A DNA stretch of 64,000 nt from Podarcis bocagei. Taxonomy: Eukaryota. The DNA lies in NCBI GenBank assembly GCA_964188305.1, contig OZ076901.1; one strand, given 5' to 3'. Under the pieces are notes generated by a model. That model did no database searches. It was not told where the DNA came from and worked only from the letters and a program-made list of their open reading frames with translations. Numbering within the stretch: position 1 is the stretch's first letter; each line of letters opens with the position of its first letter. The position numbers were made by a program, and so were the translations under genes. Positions 27,131 through 41,900 of the stretch are shown piece after piece.

Positions 27131-27408
27131 GTAAGTATTTTTTTATATATAGTTGAAATCAGCAATACTTTTTTTCTGGGTGGAAAAAATACAATGATTT
27201 CAAACTAAGAACCAACTTGCTAAAACCAAGAGAAGACTACATCTGATGCATGTTGGTTGTGGACACGTTTGTGGCTTCAAACATGTGGCTTCACCCAAAA
27301 AATCTAGGCGCTGTGAGCACCCTGAACTTTGTCCAAGGTCTTTAATTCCTTTGTGGATTAATGGTTTTCATAAGAGAAGTCCTATTGAATCAGACCAAAG
27401 ATCTAGTT

Positions 27409-27634
27409 CAGAAGTAGGCAACCTAATCGCCTTCTTAATCCGGCCCACGGACGGTCCGGGAATCAGTGTGTTTTTACATGAGTAGAATGTGTGCTTTTAT
27501 TTAAAATGCATCTCTGGGTTATTTGTGGGGCACAGGAATTCGTTCATTTCCCACCAAAAAAATATAGCCCGGCCCCCCACATGGTCTGAGGGACGGTGGA
27601 CCGACCCATGGCTGAAAAAGGTTGCTGACCCCTG
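27409..27634. mobile_element. hAT (Charlie-like) non-autonomous element
   Basis: Ends CAGAAGTAGGCAACC / GGTTGCTGACCCCTG; 8-bp TSD ATCTAGTT / ATATAGTT (7 of 8 match). Confidence 0.75.
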
Positions 27635-29157
27635 ATATAGTTAGTTCAGCATCCTGTTTACTGCAATTCATGCACAGAAATTTAAATAAATGCAGCTTTC
27701 CCCACACCTTTATCTATCTACCAGGAAATCATTTACCTCCTCAAAAGCTTGTAAGTCAAGAAGCTTAGTGAGCATCCTTGATGCTTATCCACCAACCCAA
27801 GAACATGTCCCAAGGCTAGGGATGAACAGTCCAGTCCACTGTCCCATTTCCTCATCATTCTGTGATTGTTTTTTAAAGGCCTACAGAAATTCACATTTTA
27901 AGAGTATTTTTGCTCACAAAATATGCATATTACTGTCTTTTTTGAAATAACTCTGGAGCACTTAAAGTGCCAAAACCAAAGAACAACTACCTTCCAATTG
28001 CGTGTTAGTTTGGGAAGTTTGCTTAAGCACTGCAGAGACTACCATGTATCCCAGAGGCATGTCTAGTTTGTACTGGAAACCGGGCTTCTGGTGTTACTGC
28101 TCCAGCCCTCTGGAATTAGTAACCAGCTGAAATTAGGCAGGTGCCCAGTACCTTCTGAAGGCATTTTTGTGTAAGAACTCTTTCCCTGGGGTGTGACCCA
28201 TTCATTTACAGATTGTTATTTATAGCTGTAGAAATTGTTTTGTTGTTTTTAGGGTTTGTAAGAATGCTTTTATTGTTTGTAGGACTTGTATTTTATCTCA
28301 TTTTTGCCTTCTTATACAACGTTTCAAAGGCTTCAGGCAGTGAATCAGTTCATAAATTTGTAAAATAATAATAATAATAAATATTCAAACTAAATGGAGA
28401 GTTTTTTCTGCAGTGGGCAGTTTTGAAAACCATTGGCCTAACTGCACAGTTTTGACTTTCCCAGCAGCCTTGACCACCAGGCTGGCCAGCTGAATGGTTT
28501 GCTTTTGTTGAGTCACTTATTGAGGACTTGGAGAGTAAAATACAAAGGGAATGTCTTAGTAATTTCCAGGTGCTTCATAGAGCTTAAGAAATACCAAGCA
28601 ATTCTTGGGTTCTATCACTGTGGAGTCCTTGATTATTAAAATGCAAAACAGAGTCTCCTCTGTTTTTTAAGCCTGTGTTGGGTCATGCAAATAATTTGTG
28701 CTCGTTTTCCTTGATATGTGAGCTGATAAATTTTGCATGTTTTCATTTTTCGCATTTCATGGGCATTATTATGACCATGATGACGATTCCCTGTTTTTGC
28801 TGCTTTGTTATAAGCCTCCCCCCATTTCCCTTCAAGCGTCACACACACATTTATATTGTTTCTGACAGTTTAAAATGTTATATCCTTATTAACCTTTAAA
28901 TTTATGCTTGAAACGGGCCTGGTGGGACTGCGTTGTGCAGTGATTTAGAGGGCATTTGAGAAAATGTTCTTCTCTGATAACTAGTGTGAATAGTTATTCT
29001 ATATTCATTATCAGATTATATTACTCCCAAGAAAAGTTGTTAAAGTTATCACTTAGGGTGTTCCTGGAGAGCTGAAAATTACAATGTTAATGCTTATTAG
29101 AGGAGCTGTTATGAAAGGACAGAAGAGAAACTAACTCTTTATTCTACCACTTTGCAG

Positions 29158-29206
29158 CATCTTGAAGTCCATGGAGTTTGCACCCTCTGATGGCTCCAGC
29201 ACACAG
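29158..29206 (+). CDS. CUX1: CUX1/CASP exon 13
   Basis: CTAAC branch point at 29131, tttgcAG acceptor; encodes (N)ILKSMEFAPSDGSSTQ; donor GTAACA; 49 nt. Confidence 0.95.
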
Positions 29207-31329
29207 GTAACAGGACTGCTTTTGGATTTTGGGCGAGCAGAGCTGAGGGTGGGGAGGTCACTTCTGAATGCCAGCTTGGATTGAGAAATGTTGTGTCTGA
29301 CACACTAAGAGTCCATGAGGCTTTTGGGGTAAAGAACTTTGACATGGAAGACCTGGGTTCAAACCTTGCTCAGCCAGGGAATTAACTGTGTGTGGTCTTG
29401 AGCATGCCTGCCAGTTTGCATTTCCAGCACTTAAACCCTCTACCTCGCAAGTTGATGGTGAGGAAAAATGAAATAACAGAACGATCTAAAGAGAGCCAGC
29501 ATAGCAAGTGTGTGACACCAGCTCTTTTGTCTTTCAGAGGACAAGTTATACCTTTTTATCTTAGACCAGGGGTTTTAATGAGTGGTTCATGGCTGCTGTT
29601 CTCGTTTCACTTGTTCTTTTAACTGCCTGCTTGGTTTTTTATCTGATGTGCTTGTTGTGGTGGCTGCTTTAATTCTTCCATTGCTTGCTTTTTAAACTTA
29701 TTTCTATTGTAAACCACTTTTGATGTGATGATAGAGGTGATGAGCTGCTGCCTTATGAAGAAATTGTAGTAATTCCTGAGCAAAAGGTCTGTGGGTATTG
29801 CTATATTTTAAAGTGAGCTTCAGATAGTGACCGATGATGAAGATGTTCAATAATACAAACATTTAATAGTTCAGAAGGGAGAAAATGAACAGATATGATT
29901 TTATTCAGGGTGGAAAATGGGGACCATGACGTAGAGTTGAAAAATCTGGAAGCGAAGTGTCAATATTTAGTCAACAAAATCTACCAGGGCTGCAAGATCC
30001 ACACACGCAATTCTCTTCTGTCTCCACAAGTGTGTGAAAATGCAGCTATCATATCCACTGTGGGGATATAAACCCAGATCTTCCTGGTCTATGGCCAACA
30101 CATCCCTCACTACACCATACTGATCCTTAAAGTGCCTATTGAAGTGGTAACTCAAATCCTAAATTTGCCAGATCTAAATGGAATACATACATTCCTCCTA
30201 GGAAATATTGAAGCCTTTTCTTCCCTTCCCAGCAGAAGGAAGGAGAGCTGTCTGAGTAGGAGCGGGTAGCCCAGTCTCGCTCTAAATTATTTGCCGTTGA
30301 GGGTTTTTTCCAGCAATTTTGGCTAAATCCCATGGAGGTTCCACAGTGGCTGCTTGAGGAGCTGCCTGCTCAAGTCCAAGCCTCTCCATCACTGGCTGTG
30401 GGGGCTAAGCAGCCTTTTCCTGTGGCTTCTGACAAGCCTTTCACTGCCTCTTTCCCATATGCCCTTGATGCAGTTTGGAAGGCTAAATGGGCCCACCCTA
30501 ATTAACCCAGAAATGTTCCCACATTGGCACAAAAGCCTTATGCCCTTGCAAAACCCATTATGGGTCAACTGCATTTACCTGCAGTGGATCCACTTGCAAC
30601 TCCCAGGAGCTGATGACTGACCACCATTTGGGGGGGGGGATTACTGTGGCCCTGCCAGCGAGAAAAACAAAGCATCAAATCCACTCAAAATGCTGCTCCT
30701 GCTTGATCACGGTTTTTTGCAGGATGCGCCGAAGCTCCACAAAAATACCCTCCCACACAGGAAGAGGGGACCCCAAATCCACTGGCCCTCCTCCAATGCC
30801 AACCCCAAATGCCCCAAAAGGGAACCACACTGGGAATCACAGAAGGAGGGGGGTGGAGTGGGCAGGGGAAAGACCAAACATGTGCCCACAGCTCAGCTAA
30901 TAAGCAGCGGAACAAGAGAGGAAACAAAGAACAAGCCAATGTCACACAGCAGGAGCACAAGGAACGGGGGCGGCGGGGGGGGACAGAAGAGGCATAAAGG
31001 AAGCAAGCCTGAGAGCTCAGCTTTCGCTGACTACAGGCGTGGTTGGTTTGGATCCTTCCCCCTGGACATGAGGCATTGGCCTGGAAGGGGCCCCGCCTGA
31101 ACCTCCAGTTAGGATGTTTTCCATCTGGATCTTCAAAGAGAAATTCACAATAAGACAATTTTTCCGTTTTCAGACCTCCTTCAAATGCACAATTGAACTA
31201 CATTGAACAAAGAAACCTTTGGGTAGTGGGGGGTGGGGGTGGGAGGGAAGCATCCAAAGCCTGTGGTGTCGTCACATATTAATCTTGTAGGATCAAAGGT
31301 TACAAATTGGATTCTGGCATCTTTAGTGC

Positions 31330-32230
31330 AAAGTTGAAGCCGCTTCCCTGTGTGCCAGGCGTTTTATTATTTCCAGTGGGTTTCGATGATTGAGAGTCGC
31401 GTGTGGGGAAAGGGGAAGGGTCGGTGTTTGTGACTGATTTAATTTGTCCATTTTCTCCATAGCGCCGAGACGCAGTGTTTCAGGGAAGATACGCCGCGAT
31501 AGTGCTGCGTCTGAAGGCAAACAGGTGTAAAAAAAGAAAGGAAAATGATTAATGGAGCACTTAAAAATACATCTCTGGAGCTGATAAGCAGCCTGCACCA
31601 GAACACCAAGCAGTTTCGCAGCCATAGACTAGGGAGTCGTAGCAGATGTGCCAAAATGCAGATGACAAATTCTAGGTTGCTGGCCGAGCCCCATCAGCGC
31701 CCTCGTGAACTCCACCCTGAGGTGCAATTCTCAGGCTCTTTGGCGCCTAACCCTTCTTCCGTCTCTCCATAGGATGCTGCATCCAAACCGCTGGAAGTCC
31801 TGCTGCTGGAAAAGAACCGCCTGCTACAATCGGAGAACGCCACGCTCCGTATCACAAACAGTGACCTGAGCGGTAAGTGGATTGGCGGGGGCGGAGGGCG
31901 GGGGGGGGGAAACAAACGTGTTTCTCAGGCTGCAAGTTCTTTGTTTGCTGATTCGAGGGTGAGGATGGGGAAGAGGGCCTGAGCCCAAGCCTTGTGCTGC
32001 ATGACAGAAAGAGTAATGGAGAGCAAGAACTTTGAATCGTGTTTCATCTCCCCGCCGCCGCCTCCCTGCACCCTTTATACTGTAGATAATAGAATAAGAC
32101 TTCGAGACCTCGGAGACGGTCCAAAGGGTTAGGAAGGAGAAATGTTTCCGAATGTTATGTGAGGAGCAGCGTCGGAGTCTGTCTTCCATTTCGGTCGCAA
32201 ACCTGACATTGGTGCTAATTTCCCCCACCC
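31330..32230. promoter_or_regulatory. CpG-enriched zone around exon 14
   Basis: CpGs visibly denser than in flanking introns; ATTGG and two GGGCGG boxes at 31881-31902. Confidence 0.4.
31773..31872 (+). CDS. CUX1: CUX1/CASP exon 14 (last exon shared with CASP)
   Basis: cctaac...tctccatAG acceptor; encodes [33 protein letters not shown](G); donor GTAAGT; 100 nt. Confidence 0.96.
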
Positions 32231-32910
32231 TTCCCCAAACGTAAATTAAAGTGGATTCCAAAAGTGAGCCTGTCTCATATACTTAGCTGGCATGTCAGTT
32301 TGAATCCCTGTTCTTTTATTTCCAGAGGTGGTGCATTTCCTTTTCTTGTTTGCTTTTCTCAGAGGCAGGGGATGTTGCACATGCCTAAATATATATATAT
32401 ATGGGTGGATTTGTGGAATTTCCAGGTGCTTCTTTAGTTTGGGTTTTCGCAGCTGGTGACAGCTGTATAAATTGGGCACCCAGGTGGTTGTTTCATTCTC
32501 CCAGTAGCGTCTCAACTATACTTTGGCATTATTCGAGCAATGATTTCTCTAATCCGAGTTTCATCTGGCATTTATAAATGTTTGCTGCATTTGGGTTCAA
32601 CCAAGGTCTGTTTTGGGGACAAGACAACTTGAATGGGAGAGGGGATACTAAAGGGAATATATATTTTTTCCTGTGTCAATGAAATTACTATTATTTTTTT
32701 AAAAAATTGTATAACTGCACTTCATGTCATTGTTCAAATGTTAATGTGTGAAAGGGGGATTCTCCAGGCTGCAACATACAAGAAAGGTGCAAACATGAAA
32801 TGCATGTTGTTTGTCTTGGGGGCCTTGTTTGGCTTATTAAAATTTAAAGAAACAAAAAACAAAACAAAAACAAAAACCCAAACCACCTTCTTCATTGGCC
32901 CTTATTTTAA

Positions 32911-33717
<807 letters not shown>

Positions 33718-36700
33718 TGAGGCATTAGCCACCGGCTTTCCTTTCCATTTCTGTTCTTGGTAGATGGGAGGCCCTGTCAACAGGACTTCCTTCATCTGGT
33801 GGTTGAAGAGGTCCATTTGGCTTTCACCTCTTAAGCCAATTATTCTTTGAATGGACCGTGGCAGAGAGAAGTGGCAGAGTGGAAGTTGGGACAGTACGAT
33901 CCAGTGGTTATGTTTGCCTGTGCTGGCCCCATACAATATAAGGTTCCCATTGCCATCTGTTTCCATGGGCCAATGCAGGAGAGCATCCCCATGAATTGCG
34001 CCATGTGTTTATTAGTGTGTGGGGTGGTCCATTTTGATGTTTTAACTCAGGCGCCCAAATCTCTTGGGCCCGCTCTGATTCATTGGGTATCCATGAAACA
34101 GGGGTTTTTGTTTCTTTAAGTATCTTAAATGTGCAGAACTTGGAAAACGTGGTGTTCCCGGCGTAGCAGAAACAGCGTCTTTTGCTGTACCATCCTTGAG
34201 TGTGTATCTATCAAAGTAGTTCATTTCCATTGTAGTGATTCGATGACTCTGCACTCATTCGATAAAACTTGAATGAATGCAAGTGAGAAGTTTTGCCGCT
34301 TTCAAAACTCTGAATTCTCAGCAGAATTTATGGTCAAGGGAAATCTGGTCCAGCCCTCTCTGCAGGTTCCCCAAGTCAGACCCACAAGTATCCACCCCAC
34401 TCTCAATACAGGCCTAATTGTGCCACAGTAAACTCTTGCCCTCTGCTTCCGGACCAAGCAGATTCATAGAATGTAAAATAATCAGAAACGTGTAACATAT
34501 TTTAAGATGCCAAAGCGCAAAGCAAAACTGTTGGGGATGGGGAGAGGATGGCTATTGATCTTCATTAACAGAAGGGGTGATGCAAAACTCTTAAGGAGCC
34601 CAAACAATACTGAGACAGTTATTGTCATCCTGTCTCCCTCCGCTACCAGGTTCTCTGTAAAATCCACTGAAATAACACACCTTTGCTAAATGTTGTCTTT
34701 GTGCAGCTTCTCTGCAAATGGTTGCATTTGTTGAGAGAGAGCTGCCACTATTTCATGTTTCTCTCGCTCACCCTCACCCCCTTCTTTTCCTGGTAATGGC
34801 TCCCGTACTAACAGTATGTGACACAAGGTGATGACATTGGGCTGAGCATTTCCCCACCCCTCCCATCTCTGGCTGTCAACAGGAGGCGTGGGGGAAATGT
34901 ACCGCGTGACATCATCACTGTGTGGAGAGGGGCCAGATCCTATGGTAGACCACAGGCTGCGCATGCATGAGGTCCCAGGTTCCAAATGCACCTAGCTAAA
35001 AAGACTGAGCCGCTGGGCAGCCGCTGCCCACCAAAGTAGAGCTAGATGGGGCAATTGCCTGGTTCACTATAAGGCATTGATAAGGCACCAGATTTTTCAG
35101 CTAAAGGGATCTTTGGTAGCAGGGCTGGGAAAGACCCCAGAAAGCTAATTGTGGGGTGGGGGGGGAGACGTTTTCTCCAACCTTTTCAGGCTTGTGATTG
35201 TCAGCCCAAATCAGGGCTATTTAAGGGGGGAGGGCTAAGGCTTGTCAGAGGGAAAGGCCCAGGTAGTATGTGTGAGAAATCAAACAAATTATTTAAAAAT
35301 CACAAACTCTGTTCCAGTGAAAGATAAAATCTTCAAACATAAATTCATGACGCTCTTTTCTTCGAATGAACACATTTATTTCCTGGCTTTAGCTGCAACC
35401 AAGTCATGAATTATATCATTCCTCCAAGGCGGGTCAAGGGGGTGCACATACATGGGTTTTCCTCTCCCCCCCCCCATCCAAAAAAAGAGAGGAAACGACC
35501 ACTTCTCTGAAAGAAAGAGAAGGCTAAGAAAGAATGACTGGCCCAAGGCCCCCCCCCCCCAGTGAGCTCAACTGGGAAATTGGGGGGGCTAAAAAAGGAT
35601 AAGTGCCTAAAGCTATACACTTGTTTATTTGATTTGATTTGATTTATAAGCCCTCCCTCGATTCTGAGTGATCCCAGAGTGGGTTACGGCATAAAACGAA
35701 CATAAAGCAAATCACACTATCCAGGTCAGACACACCAATTACTATAAAAACAGTTTTAAAAGTCAAGTGCAAATTGCAAACTCAGACATATAACAGACAG
35801 CAAACTCGGACAGCGAATAGTGCTGTTCCTCAAACTTCCCAAAAAGCTTGGGCAAAGAAGTGACGATGTGGCTCCACCATGACAAAGACCCTTTCCTGCT
35901 TCACTGTGTCACCTAGTTCACCTGCCAATGGGGCAAGATGAAGAACCTAACCTGCTCTCCCCTAACACACATGGTTAATCCAGCTGGCCCCCAAGGTGCA
36001 TTATGGAACCCACTTCCTGGATTTTTTATGCTGTTTTTTAAAACACACATCTAGACTTTAAGAAGCATTTACTGATGCCAAAGCTTGGAAAAACCATAAG
36101 GGCATCAACGCTGGAAGCGAAATCACAGGAACATAGGACGCTGCCTTATCCCAAGTCAGATCATTGGTCCTTCTAGCTCAATATGGTGCACACTAATTGG
36201 CAGTGGATCTCCAGGTTTTCAAACAGAGATCCTTCCTGGCCCTAGCTGGAAATGCAAGAGGTTAAACTGGGACCTTCTGCAAGCAAAGCATGTGCTTTAT
36301 CACTGAGGCAAATCTAATTTAAGGGTGTTGATCTGTACACTAGCCTATACAAATAACAACTGTGGTCATAAGAATGATAAGCATCCTGTTACTGGGTGCA
36401 AGCTAAAATTTTACAGGAAGGGAAGGAATGAAGAGCTGTCCTGTTCCAAAACAGGCTCTTGTTTTCAGGAAAGAGGAGTGCTGGAAACTCATCGCCAGAA
36501 GGAGCTGGCTTAAGGGAAGGGAGAAGGGTCCACCTGTCAGTGGTGTTAGGGAATGGGGGGGGGAGGTTTTTGCCCCCTTGCAGTGCCATCCCAACTGCAG
36601 GGTTTTGCTTTCCTCTGCAGGAATGAGGCCTTTAAAAAGCACTTATCTGTGCAAGCTTTGTGCACATGCCCTGTCAGTTGCATTTAAGGATGTGAGTGAA

Positions 36701-37099
36701 ATCATTCACATCACAAACTTCCTGGTCCAGTGCAGTAAGTGTAGCTGAGTCAGCTTTGTATGCACACCCAGTCATACTGAGTCCATGCCAGCCCATTGAC
36801 ATGTGCTCCAGGACAGAAGTACCTAGTGGCCTGGTAGGTGCAGCCAGAATATAAGAACATCAAGAGTATCCCTGCTAGATCTAGACCAAATGCCTTTCTA
36901 GTCCAGCATCCCATCTCCTATCATGGCCAGATGTCTGTGGGAAACCCCCAAGCAGGAGAGCAGGGCAATCAGACTCTTCCGCTACTCTGTGGATTGGTAT
37001 TCTAAGGCAAGCTCCCTCTGTTCCTGGAAGGGGATATTGCCATCATGACTATTAGCCCTTGATAGCCTTATCTTGCGTATAACATGTAAATGGGCCAGT

Positions 37100-37600
37100 T
37101 CATGTGAAGGTGCAGGTGAAGAAAGTTTACATGGGTAAGGGCCTTCCTTGTGTCTTGTCCTTAAAAATCAGACTTAAACCAGAGTCCTTTTTGTTGGGAA
37201 TAACCCAGACAGAAATGCCCAGGTGCCAGACAAGTTTACTTATGTATGCAACCACAGTGGCCCGCATTCTGTTGGCCCCAAAACGGAGAGTGAGTGAGGT
37301 CCCTTGTAAAGAGGATTGGCAACTTAAGATGTTAGAATATGTAGAACTTGCAGGTACAACACACAGATTAAGAGAGCAAGAAGAACATATATTTAAAGAA
37401 GTGTGGAAACTATTTATTGAATATATAGAAAATAATTGTACATCTGAAAACACTGACAGCATTAAGATAAATTCAACAGAGTAAACAATATTTGATTGAT
37501 GTGAAAGTGGAAAATTGATTTGAATGGTTATAGTAAAATATGCAGGAAAGTATGGTATGTAATATGAACCATGGAAGGAGAAGAAGGTAACTCAGTGGAT
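37100..37600 (+). mobile_element. L1/Tx1-like LINE 3' fragment
   Basis: ORF 37104-37484 KPESFLLG...LMYATTVARILLA..VPCKEDWQLKMLEYVELA...WKLFIEYI resembles a squamate LINE ORF2 C-terminus; paralogous to 56860-57220. Confidence 0.7.
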
Positions 37601-37609
37601 ATTTTAAAG

Positions 37610-37749
37610 CAGGCATCCCCAACCTGCGGCCCTCCAAATGTTTTGGCCTACCTACAATTCCCATGATCCCTAGCTAACAGGACCAGTGGTCAGGGATGAT
37701 GGGAATTGTAGTCCAAAACATCTGGAGGGCCGAAGGTTGGGGATGCCTA
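37610..37749. mobile_element. Palindromic hAT-type MITE
   Basis: CAGGCATCCCCAACCT..GGCCCTCCA.ATGTTTTGG..TACAATTCCCAT paired with ATGGGAATTGTAGTCCAAAACATCTGGAGGGCC..AGGTTGGGGATGCCT; degenerate relatives near 11425, 22530, 50430, 50570, 52775 and 56145. Confidence 0.8.
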
Positions 37750-38584
37750 TTAAAGTTTGTAATTCCAATGGCTAAAGTGAGAAGTCAGGTTTCCTCCTCC
37801 TGAGCTCCCTCTCATGGCACATCGTGGCCAATCCCAATTGTGATTTGGAAAATTGTTCATTATTAGAGAAAATAAAGAGTATCAAAAAGCTGGCTGCTGG
37901 GAATGACTAGCTGTAAGGATAAAGATGAGGATGTTCTTCCACTCCTCTGCCAGCGCCTGTATTTCATTTGTTGCTTATGGTGCATCTGGTTTCCCCTACT
38001 TAGCATCATGTGCCAATCTGAAAACCCACCCACCCCGCAAGAGTATTTTGGGCAGAGGACCTCACTGGTGCTGCTACGCAACAGTACAGTACTGTATTGC
38101 AAAATGAGCTCCCCCCCCCCTCCTAAGATGAAGCTGCATTCATTTCTGATTGGCGTGATTTCATTTGACAGAGGTTTTTGAGAAAAGGAGAGCGGAATGA
38201 CAGCAAGTTGCAAAAGATCACTCAGAGCTTCCCTTTGTTGCCAGGGAGTGGTGTGGCACCTCGTACTGTGTTCTCCTCCTTTGGGCTCTTGCAAGGATTA
38301 CTGACCCGTCTTCATCTTTTTGTACCTTTTTAGATGTTTATTTATATCTTTCTAATCTCCTTTCTGAGTGTAGCGGTAATCTTCATTAACCAACCAGCCT
38401 GCCTTGCTTCCTTTCCAAAGTAGCCAGCTGCTCTGAACAGACCTGGGGTTTTTGTTTTTTGTTTGAACTGCTTGATTTCACTTCTGCCCCCACTCCCCAT
38501 CTCCTTCCTCCCGAGCCCCTGGTTAGCACAAGGCAGTTCTTGTTGCATCTCACAGCCACGATTGTCGGAACCACCCTCCCCTGA

Positions 38585-38947
<363 letters not shown>

Positions 38948-41900
38948 TAACATGATTTTGTGTTGCATGTGGACCAAACCATGATGGAGCTTAATTATAA
39001 TAAATACACTCACAATCAGATCTTGATAGCAGCGTTTGGAATGGATCTGCAAGTCCTCATTATAGGGACAAACCCGGTTAGCATCGTATCAGTGTACATG
39101 AAACATGGTATCATGTTAACATGGAAGAAAGGAATTCCTAACCTAAATTTAGGTGGGGGGAAAGAGTGAGAGAGAGAGAAATGTGCATTCCTGAGGTTGA
39201 CTCCTGATTTGTGAACATGGTTTTCAGGTAGCCAGTGTTTCATCTGCATTGGGGCAGTAAGTATAAAACAAACCATGGGTTAGCATCAAGAGCACTTGCT
39301 TCTCCCCTGCTTCCCTCTAATTCTACTGCTGTACTAACTTGTCTCCTTCAAATAGAACTCCTACCTCACAACAGAGCTAAACCTTATTATCATTTATGTT
39401 GATCTTATTGGTATTGGTATCTTGTCCTTTCTCCAAGGTTGGCAGCCATGGGAATTCCATTTTATCCCCACAAGGCTGGGAGTGAGTGACTGGGCCAAGG
39501 TTGCCCAATGAATTTCATGTCTGAGCAGGGATTTAAACCCTGATTTAATACCACTCTGGCTTTTATAGCCACTAAAGCAATTGATTACTTTGGGGTTACT
39601 GGACACCCAGTTGTCAATCATAAGCAATACTGGTGTGAAAGGTATGTGTGTGTGTGTGTAAACTGATCCCTCTAGGAAACACGTGTGATCCAAGCCATGT
39701 TCCCTTCTGCTCTGGTCTTGAACAGATGACAAGGGTGCTGCATGCTGTCGTCAAATGCGTAGATCTGCAGAGTGTGTCACAAAGCTGGAAAAAAATGAGA
39801 GTTTGGTAGAGGGCAAGGGATTCCTGTACCAGCTATGGAGGGATTCAGAGGTTGTGAAGCCTTGTCTCCTGCTGCAAGCTGAGTCATTGATAGGAAATGC
39901 AGTGCTCAGGTGCTGCCAAAAATATTGGGCATGGGACGCTGCGAGCCGCTTTAGTAAGACACAGAAATGGCACCGTGCAGCTCTGAGCCATACCCACTTC
40001 CTTGCTTGAAACCCCATTTGGGTTTCAAGCGTTCTCCAAGTCAAGAACTAGCAAAAGGTTAATATGGAAGATTGGTGTGGGGGTGAGCTTGGGCCCAGGA
40101 AGTTCTGAATTCAAATCACCCCTCAGCTGCAAACTCCCTCATGTTGCCTTAAGCAAGTTGTTTTTATTTATTTATTTTAATAATAATAATAATAATTCCA
40201 ATGCTAAAGGTGACTTCCAAAGCAGTATCAAATGCCGAATACTGCTAGATTAATGCATTTCTTTTCTAGGTGTCTCTTTTTAAAGAAATTGAATTGAGAC
40301 TTCTGTCGTAAGCACACTTGCATCATGAGTCCAATGGTGCTTACTTTTGAGCAAGCCTCTATAAGATTGAGGTGTAAAGCCTGTTTTAGAGAGCGGCAGA
40401 TAGAGCTGGAACCAAATAAAAGCCAGCATTGTTGGTTAAAAAGGCAATTCAAAGGATACTGACTTTGATGGGCTGCCTCCTGAGTCTTGGGCTTTTTTCC
40501 AGTGTGCCCCCTACCCACTTTCTCTCATCCAAAGCTCTCTGAAATAAGGGCCTCTGTGTCTCTCAGCCTCCCCCGTAGAAAACACCTTCTCCCATAGGAC
40601 CCTGAGTATTAAGATCAGCTGCAGAGGACCTACTATTTGCCCTGTCTTTGCTGTAATTTAGATGAGCAAATGTGATAGGCTGAAGTTGCTGTGGATTTTG
40701 TATTTGACCTGTGCTATTATGGCTTAATTTTATCAGTTGCCTTGGAAGGGCTAAAAAGGAATTGGTATACAATAGCTAAATAGAGAATATAAATAGGCAT
40801 TGCCTTTTTAGCAGTGGCACCATGACTGTAGGCTGCCCTCCCTGGAGAGATTTGATGCGTCCCTTACCTTTCTGTTTGCAGATGAGAAATTAAACCTTTT
40901 TAATGTTTTAATGATCATCTGCTTTTAAGCTTTCACTTTAAACAGCATGGTACTTTTCATCCCGCTATATGTACCGTTTTTGTATTCTCGCTGTTCTAAC
41001 TTTTCTGGCGTTAGTTTTCCACTTTACCGCTGAATGCCTTATTTTTAACGGAAACAACAAAGAGTCTTGTGGCATCTTACATATTAACATACTTATTTTT
41101 ATTTGTGTGCCACCTCTCCACATTTTAAGCCATGCTCAAGGTGGCTTACAAGATGAAAAGAATACGTAACTACAACATAACAAAAGTAGTCGTAAACAAT
41201 AAATAAAACATTAAAAATACACAACCAAACTGAACAATTTCCGCCTAAATCACACCACGATCTAAAATATAGATACAGCAACTACCCCACCCCCCAAAAT
41301 CCCAAACAGAACCCTAACCCCCAAAAATCTGTTCAGCAGTTCAACCTTTGTAGCTGGAGTCAGTCAGGGTCCTGCCCTCCCAGGCCATCTGGAAAAGGCT
41401 TGCGAGGCAGGGAGTAGGTCCTGCAGGACTCACAGCTAATGAATTTATTACAGCTCAAGCTTTTGTGGATGTTGTGGCGTGTCATGGATTTGGTGAAACC
41501 CGTGAAAGTTTATTCCGTAATAAATTTGTTGGCCTAGGCTCTTTGCTGTTTGTGTTGCAGAAGATGACTCCTTTGGAAGTTATTTTTACAAGCCACTTCA
41601 GGTGTATTTTACAGAAAAAGTGGACTAGAAAAATAACATTTATTAGGAGAATAATACTGCTGTGGCTATCTTTAGAGGGTAGTACATCTAAGGATTATTG
41701 AGATGAAGTATATGATGCCCTTTGAACGGTAAAGAAAATATACACATACACATACACACACATATATCACAGTAATAGTAATCTGAGGCATCTAGACATT
41801 TTATGCTTGTTGATTTTTCTCTTGATAGGGTCGGAAGTCAGCTTTTAAATTTTTATTGAATTTGGTGACAATTTTTTAAAAAATATGGAAAATCAATAAA

